A stretch of 14,366 nucleotides of DNA, taken from positions 1 through 14,366 of the forward strand of contig MCFH01000222.1 in assembly GCA_002104945.1 (NCBI GenBank), read 5' to 3'. The position numbers and the translations under genes were made by a program. Positions 9,151 to 14,366 of the stretch are shown here, piece by piece (positions within the stretch are counted from its first letter, which is position 1; each line of letters starts with the position of its first letter). Source of the stretch: Piromyces finnis finn (Eukaryota; Fungi; Neocallimastigomycota). The notes beneath the pieces were generated by a model. It did no database searches. It had not been told where the DNA came from and saw only the letters and a program-made list of their open reading frames with translations.

Positions 9151-9425
9151 ATTTAATATAGTACAAAGAAAGGTAAAAAAAAAATTATTTTTCAAAAATA
9201 TTTTTAAATAGTTATATCATAACATTTTGAGTATTAAAAGAAATAATAATTGAAGTGAATTATTTACTTTATAAGAAGTAAAAATTATAATAGTTGTATA
9301 TGAAGAAAAAAAAATATCTTTTTTACATTTATCTTTTTCTTATTTAATAAAATAATAACAAAATTATTTTTATATCAATAAAATTTATAATTTTAATTTC
9401 TTTCCTTATTGTTACTTTTGATATA

Positions 9426-9463
9426 TAATATAATAATAATAATATAATAATAATAATAATAAT
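9426..9463. repeat. Imperfect (AAT)n microsatellite just past the LRR stop codon
   Basis: About 12 AAT units with AT interruptions. Confidence 0.8.
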
Positions 9464-9504
9464 AAAAAGTGTATTATTTTATTTATGTATATTATTTATA
9501 TTAT

Positions 9505-10872
9505 TTACTTAATTAAATGAATTTGATAAAATTCAAATAATTCATGAAAATTTTTATCATTTTGTGGATATCTTTGTTTAGAAAGAATAACAAGATTTAA
9601 AATGAGAGGTATCAAGGTATTATCTTTTTCAAGGATGGGTATTATTTTCAAAGAAGGAGACAATAAAATTTCTCTTGGTAATTTGAACAATAAAGAATGA
9701 TCTAAATAGACACATCTCAATCTTGGCATATGCCATAAACTGTTGGGAAGTGCATGTAAAAATTTATTTTTTCGCAAATCTAATAGTTGCAAGTATTGGA
9801 GTATGAAAATATTTGGAGGAATTTCTAGTAATTGATTCTCACTTAAATTCAAGCTTCGTAGTGATCTATAATTGATGATGTCAAGCGGGAGTAACGTTAA
9901 ATTCTTATTTTTCAAGTTTAACCAAACAACATTATAAAGATAATTTCCTAATTTTTTTTCTTCCTCTTCATATTTAAAATGATAATACATACCAGTTGTC
10001 ATATCTCCCTTATGAATATAATGTTGAATAGATAATAATTCATCAAGAGAAATATATCTTAATTTCATTAAATTTCCCATTTCTTTTGGAAGTTCAGTTA
10101 ATTTTATATTCACTCGAAGTGATAGCCTTTTTAAATTGGTTAAATTTCCCATTTCTTTTGGTAATTTGGATAAAGCATTATTATGAAGGTAAATTTCATT
10201 TAGATTTATCATATTACCAATCTCTCTTGGCAATTCAATCAATTCGTTATAGGTGATGTCAAGTTTTTTTAAATTTGTTAAATTACCAATTTCACTTGGT
10301 AATTTAGTTAACCCATTGTTATTTATTAGAAGTGTATTTAAATTTGTTAAATTACCAACGTCATTCGGTAATTCTGTTAATTGATTATAAGAAATGTCTA
10401 GCTCTTTTAAATTTATTAAACAACCTATTTCCTTAGGTAATTTTTTTAAATGAATATAGCTCATATTTAAGATCGTTAATGAGGTCAATGATCTAATTTC
10501 CTTCGGAAGTTCGTTTATATAATTAATGAATAAGGTTAATTCTATTAATTTACTTAGATTTCCTATTTCAGCTGGTAATTCTGATAGCCTATTTTGATAA
10601 AGGAACAATTTTTTTAAATGGATTAAGTTCCCTATTTCTAGGGGAAGTCTATTTAATTGATTATAATCACACATAAGCACTTTTAAATTTATCAAATTAC
10701 CAATTTCATTTGGTAACTCTATCAGCCTATTGCTATTTAAATTTAATTCAACCAACTTTTTTAGTTGGCCTATTTCTTTTGGTATTTTCTCTATCACATT
10801 GAAATTAATATTTATTTTAGTTAAATTGATTAAATTTCCTAATTCTTTTGGTAATAAAGTTAATTTATTCAT
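9505..10872 (-). CDS. Leucine-rich-repeat protein, 3' open part (23-aa LxxLxLxxNxLxxLPxEIGxL repeats)
   Basis: 455-aa ORF with about 12 regular repeats, a non-LRR island of about 35 aa, 4 further repeats and a C-terminal cap. No introns are needed. The annotated Met is an internal residue of a repeat (LQMNKL). Confidence 0.93.
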   Translation of the reverse strand: MNKLTLLPKELGNLINLTKININFNVIEKIPKEIGQLKKLVELNLNSNRLIELPNEIGNLINLKVLMCDYNQLNRLPLEIGNLIHLKKLFLYQNRLSELPAEIGNLSKLIELTLFINYINELPKEIRSLTSLTILNMSYIHLKKLPKEIGCLINLKELDISYNQLTELPNDVGNLTNLNTLLINNNGLTKLPSEIGNLTNLKKLDITYNELIELPREIGNMINLNEIYLHNNALSKLPKEMGNLTNLKRLSLRVNIKLTELPKEMGNLMKLRYISLDELLSIQHYIHKGDMTTGMYYHFKYEEEEKKLGNYLYNVVWLNLKNKNLTLLPLDIINYRSLRSLNLSENQLLEIPPNIFILQYLQLLDLRKNKFLHALPNSLWHMPRLRCVYLDHSLLFKLPREILLSPSLKIIPILEKDNTLIPLILNLVILSKQRYPQNDKNFHELFEFYQIHLIK

Positions 10873-11932
10873 TTGTAGTATAACTTGTTAATTGAACTAA
10901 ATTTCCTATTTCTTTCGGAATTTCTACTATTTCATTATACTAACATCTAAAGTTTTTAAATTTATTATTTGTCCTATTTCTTTTGGTAAGCTCTCTAAAA
11001 AATTACTTTCAAGAACTCAACATAATGAGTTGATGTAAATTTCCAATTTCTTTTGGTAATTTTGATATATGATTTTTTTCTAATATTAATTCAGTTAAAT
11101 GAGTTAAATTACCTATTTCTTTTGGAAGTGTTAAAAGTTTGTTTGTTTTATATTTAATTTAACTAATTGAACTAAATAACCAATTTCTTTGGGTAATTCT
11201 GTCAATTCATTTTTTAAAAGATAAAATTCAGTTAGATGAACTAAATTACCTATTTCTTTTGGCAATTCAATTAAGTTATTATTGGTAGATTAGTATTTTT
11301 AAATTTATTAGACTTCCTATATCTTTTGGGTAAATCATTTAAAAGATTATTTTGAAGTTTTAATTCGATTAAATATTTTAAATTATTTATTTCTTTTGGC
11401 AATCCCTTTAGATAATTGTAACAAATACTTAATTTTTTTAAATTAGTCAATTTTCCTATTTCTACAGGCAATTACTTAATCTATTCTTATTTAGGTTTAA
11501 TTCTGTTAAACTAGTCAAATTTCCAATTTCTATTGGGTAATTCCGATATTTTATTCTTTTCAAGATTTAGTTTTGTTAAACGAATCAATTTACATAGTTC
11601 TTTGGTAATCATATAATTGGTTTTGACAAAGATTTAATTCTACTAAATTAATTAAATTTCTTATTTCTTTTATTAATTCTGTTAATTGTATTTGTTTCAT
11701 TTCTAGTACCTGTAATGATGTTGCTTTTCTTAATAATAGTGCAAGATTATTTTCTAAATTTGCATTTTTGGTTTGCTTATATATAATTGTTAATTCTTTT
11801 AAATTGGAAAAGGAGAGTTCTTCCACAGGAATATTTTTGAACTTTTTCCAGTTGGTAACAATTTTTTTTCTATCATATTTATTCAAATTTAGAATTAATT
11901 TGGGATAGGTTTAAATTCTTTTCGCTTTCCAT
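10873..11932 (-). pseudogene. 5' part of the same LRR gene, frameshifted as written
   Basis: About 13 more repeats can be rebuilt across frames (e.g. [68 protein letters not shown]) by correcting about 13 single-base indels. Candidate ATG at 11932 (MESEKNLNL), but the true start could be further upstream. Confidence 0.85.
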
Positions 11933-12227
11933 TAACTATTTATTTATTCTTTTTTAAGACTTGAAAGAGAATAAACACTATTTTATTTATGTATTATTAT
12001 TATTGTTGTTTCTGCTATTGCTGTTATTATATTTATTATTACATTTACTATTATAATTGTTACAATGAATTCTTTAATTTTCTTTAATTTAAAAAAAAGA
12101 AATTAATATAAAATTACTAATTAATAATTAATTGAAATTTTAAAATAATAGGCGTATAAAAAACATTCTCTTTTTTAAAAAAAATAAAATATTATCACTC
12201 ATATCTATTCATTTTTATCAATAAAAA

Positions 12228-12230
12228 AAA

Positions 12231-12262
<32 letters not shown>

Positions 12263-12290
12263 AAATAAATAAATAAATAAATAAATAAAT
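12228..12290. repeat. (AAAT)n microsatellite, about 15 units
   Basis: Tandem AAAT with one interruption near 12260; it ends 4 nt before the Copia-2 LTR. Confidence 0.92.
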
Positions 12291-12294
12291 TAAT

Positions 12295-12542
12295 TGTTAG
12301 AATACAAAGAATGAATTAAAGATTAAATAAGTGTCAACGAAATTAAATATAATTGAAAGATATTTTAGATTATTTGAATGACTTAGTTGTTCTTTTAAAC
12401 ATTGTATTAAATTATTCATTGTTAATACATAAGCCACTTTTAGTATAAATAAGAGTAAATTTTCAAATATTTTGTAATATATAATCAATAATTACTTATT
12501 ATTAATAAATATAAATAAACTTTATTTTTATAAAAACCAATA
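12295..12542 (+). repeat. 5' LTR of Copia-2 (248 bp)
   Basis: Starts TGTTAGAA, with TATAAATA at 12444-12451 and AATAAA near 12514. Ends CCAATA (probably CA changed to TA) directly before the PBS. Confidence 0.78.
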
Positions 12543-12557
12543 GATTAAGAGTCCAGC
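12543..12557 (+). other. Primer-binding site, half-tRNAiMet type
   Basis: GATTAAGAGTCCAGC matches 12/15 to GGTTATGAGCCCAGC, the complement of the initiator tRNA-Met anticodon arm. It lies between the LTR end and the gag ATG at 12576. Confidence 0.7.
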
Positions 12558-12575
12558 TCTAATATTACCTGCGAC

Positions 12576-13530
12576 ATGTCTGCTGAAACCAAATAAGAAC
12601 CGAAGAAATTCTTAACAAGAACAACTTCGAGAACTGGAAATTCCTTATCAATAACATCCTGAGAGCTACAAAAATCATGAAGTACGCAAATGAAGATGTT
12701 ATTGGAAATTTAAAGAAAAATCTTGAACAAGAGAAGAAAAAATCACCTTCTGAAAAAACACTCAAGACAATTAAGGACTTGGAAAAAGATATTGAAAAGG
12801 CGAAACTGAAGATGCATTAGCATGAACTATCATCAGTAACAATGTTAGTCAAGAGGCATTAAGTTACTTTAGATATCTTAAAACCGCTTACGATATTATG
12901 CAAAAATTGAAGGTCCTGTATAGAAAAAAGAAAATTGCTGATCCCAACTACTGGTTGAAAAAATTATATTCTTTAAAAGCTAAGAATCTCACTGATTGCA
13001 AGGATATTATTAACCAGATCAATGAAATATTTTATGTGATGAACAGAAATAATATCCAACTTGGAACATGGGAAAAGATCAGAGTTTTATACTTGTCCTT
13101 TCCTAAAAATCTTAGAGAAAAAATCCATCCAAACGGAAATGAATCGGGTGAAGAAAAATCGGATGAATCAACTATATCATTAGTTATAGATTCACCAGAT
13201 AATAAGACAATATGGACTTTTGATACTGGTGCTTCAGAGCACATTACGAATAATAAAGATATATTAACCAATTTCGAAGAAGAAAAAGTCATTTTAAAAT
13301 GTGCAAACGGATCTACCTGTGAGTTTGATGGTTTTGGAACTTATGAAGGTAGCATCAATGGGTATGATATAAAATTAGAAAATGTACTTTACTCTAAAGA
13401 CGTTAACAAAAACCTATTAAGTGGTATTAAACTTGTTAAAAATGGCATGGAATGCAGTTTAAAATCTAGAAAGGATAAAGTATTTCTCTCCTTAAAAGTA
13501 ACAAAAATAATAAAAGAACTGTTAACATAG
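12576..13530 (+). pseudogene. Copia-2 gag and aspartic protease (disrupted)
   Basis: ATG at 12576, then EILNKNNFENWKFLINNIL and KTAYDIMQKLKVLY (gag-like). TGA at 12823-12825. DTG at 13222-13230, followed by LKCANGSTCEFDGFGT and LENVLYSKDVNKNLLSGIKL. Confidence 0.88.
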
Positions 13531-13655
13531 GAACTTTCAAAGCAAATAAAAATAATATAATCAGAATCATATCTGAAAATAAAATAAAATCAGAAACATT
13601 TATTGATGCTATTTCCGATGAAGATTTTATAGATATCAATGATCAGTCAAAGTTG

Positions 13656-14366
13656 TTATGGCATAGATGACTTGGTCATTTTTTTCAAGAAAATTTAAAC
13701 GAGTACTTAAGGTTACATAATGAAAAACCCATAAAATGTTTGGAGTGTAAAATTACTAAGCTAAATAGAAAAACACACAACAAGAAAACACCCAAAGCTA
13801 AATTCCCATTAGAAGTAATACATTCTGATGTGATAGGTCCTATAGTAAAATAATACACTGGAAAGACATATATTTTAACTTTTATTGATGAATTCTCAAG
13901 AAAAAGCTGAATATTTCTCTTAGAAAGAAAATCAGAAGTACCAAGAATAATCATAAATTTTTTAACTTATCTGAATAATCAATTTCATAACAATGTGAAA
14001 ATATTCAGATCAGATCAAGGTACTGAATACAACAATAAGAAAGTACTTAACTACTGCAAGAGCCATAGTATAGTAAAAACATTTTCACCACCCTCACAAT
14101 CCACAAAACAACGGTGTTGCAGAACGTTTTAATTACACACTTGTAAGCTGTGAAAAAACGTTACTTAAATGGGAGCAAAATGTCTACTGACTTCTGGGAT
14201 TACGCTGTTAAGCATTCCAATATGTTATATATTATTACTCCACACAAAGGCATACATAATAAAATTCCAAATGAAATATTTTATAGAAGAAAAGTTGAGT
14301 TAAAATATATAAAAGTATTTGGTTGCGTAGCACACTACAAAGATTTTGAGCAAAATATAATGAAAA
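13656..14366 (+). pseudogene. Copia-2 integrase (disrupted, truncated by the window end)
   Basis: LWHR*LGH (13656-13679), IHSDVIGP (13818-13841), TFIDEFSRKS*, RSDQGTEY (14007-14030), NNGVAERF (14107-14130), FWDYA, KVFGCVA. Confidence 0.9.

Larger units (their letters stand above)
12295..14366 (+). mobile_element. Ty1/Copia LTR retrotransposon, decayed, running off the window end (Copia-2)
   Basis: 5' LTR, PBS, gag, protease (WTFDTGASEH), GAG-pre-integrase and rve integrase in Copia order. Contains nonsense codons and indels. Its protein and LTR sequences are clearly diverged from Copia-1. Confidence 0.93.

Noticed and set aside
9550-9620. Hydrophobic LIPLILNLVIL near the LRR C-terminus as a transmembrane anchor
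   Set aside because: Only about 11-12 residues, flanked by charged residues, and no signal peptide; more likely a capping helix.
10080-11620. 69-nt periodic repeats as a CRISPR-like array
   Set aside because: The period equals 23 codons and both constant and variable parts translate as LRR consensus; no cas genes, and the context is eukaryotic.
12565-13954. Minus-strand ORFs 12565-12765, 13032-13292 and 13685-13954
   Set aside because: Antisense shadows of Copia-2 gag, protease and integrase.

Overview
Very AT-rich eukaryotic DNA (intergenic about 11% GC, counted as 54/480 in 3901-4380). The mix of Copia and chromo-Gypsy elements, AAT/AAAT microsatellites and an intronless LRR gene suggests an anaerobic gut fungus (Neocallimastigomycota); this is inference, not proven. 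Left to right: (1) a 5'-truncated Ty1/Copia element, with a fold-back inverted copy of its own protease sequence at 1-217, frameshifted protease/integrase, open RT-RNase H, PPT and 3' LTR (to about 3828); (2) the 3' part of a Ty3/Gypsy element, with an intact integrase, a chromodomain-like extension behind one in-frame TAA, a structured 3' UTR, PPT and a 708-bp LTR (about 4408-7079); (3) an AT-rich spacer with a perfect (AAT)51; (4) a solo LTR of the same Gypsy family (8500-9150); (5) a minus-strand, LRR-only gene of about 29 23-aa repeats with a loop-out island, whose 3' 455 codons are open and whose 5' kilobase carries about 13 single-base indels; (6) a second, decayed Copia element running off the window end, with a half-tRNAiMet-type primer site. 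Single-base indels cluster at both window ends while the centre holds three long clean ORFs, which looks like low-coverage long-read consensus, so some 'pseudogenes' may be intact in vivo. No tRNA, rRNA or CRISPR. I see no clearly new biological system. The best leads are the TE-embedded LRR protein with an island domain, the stop-separated chromodomain and the fold-back palindrome.
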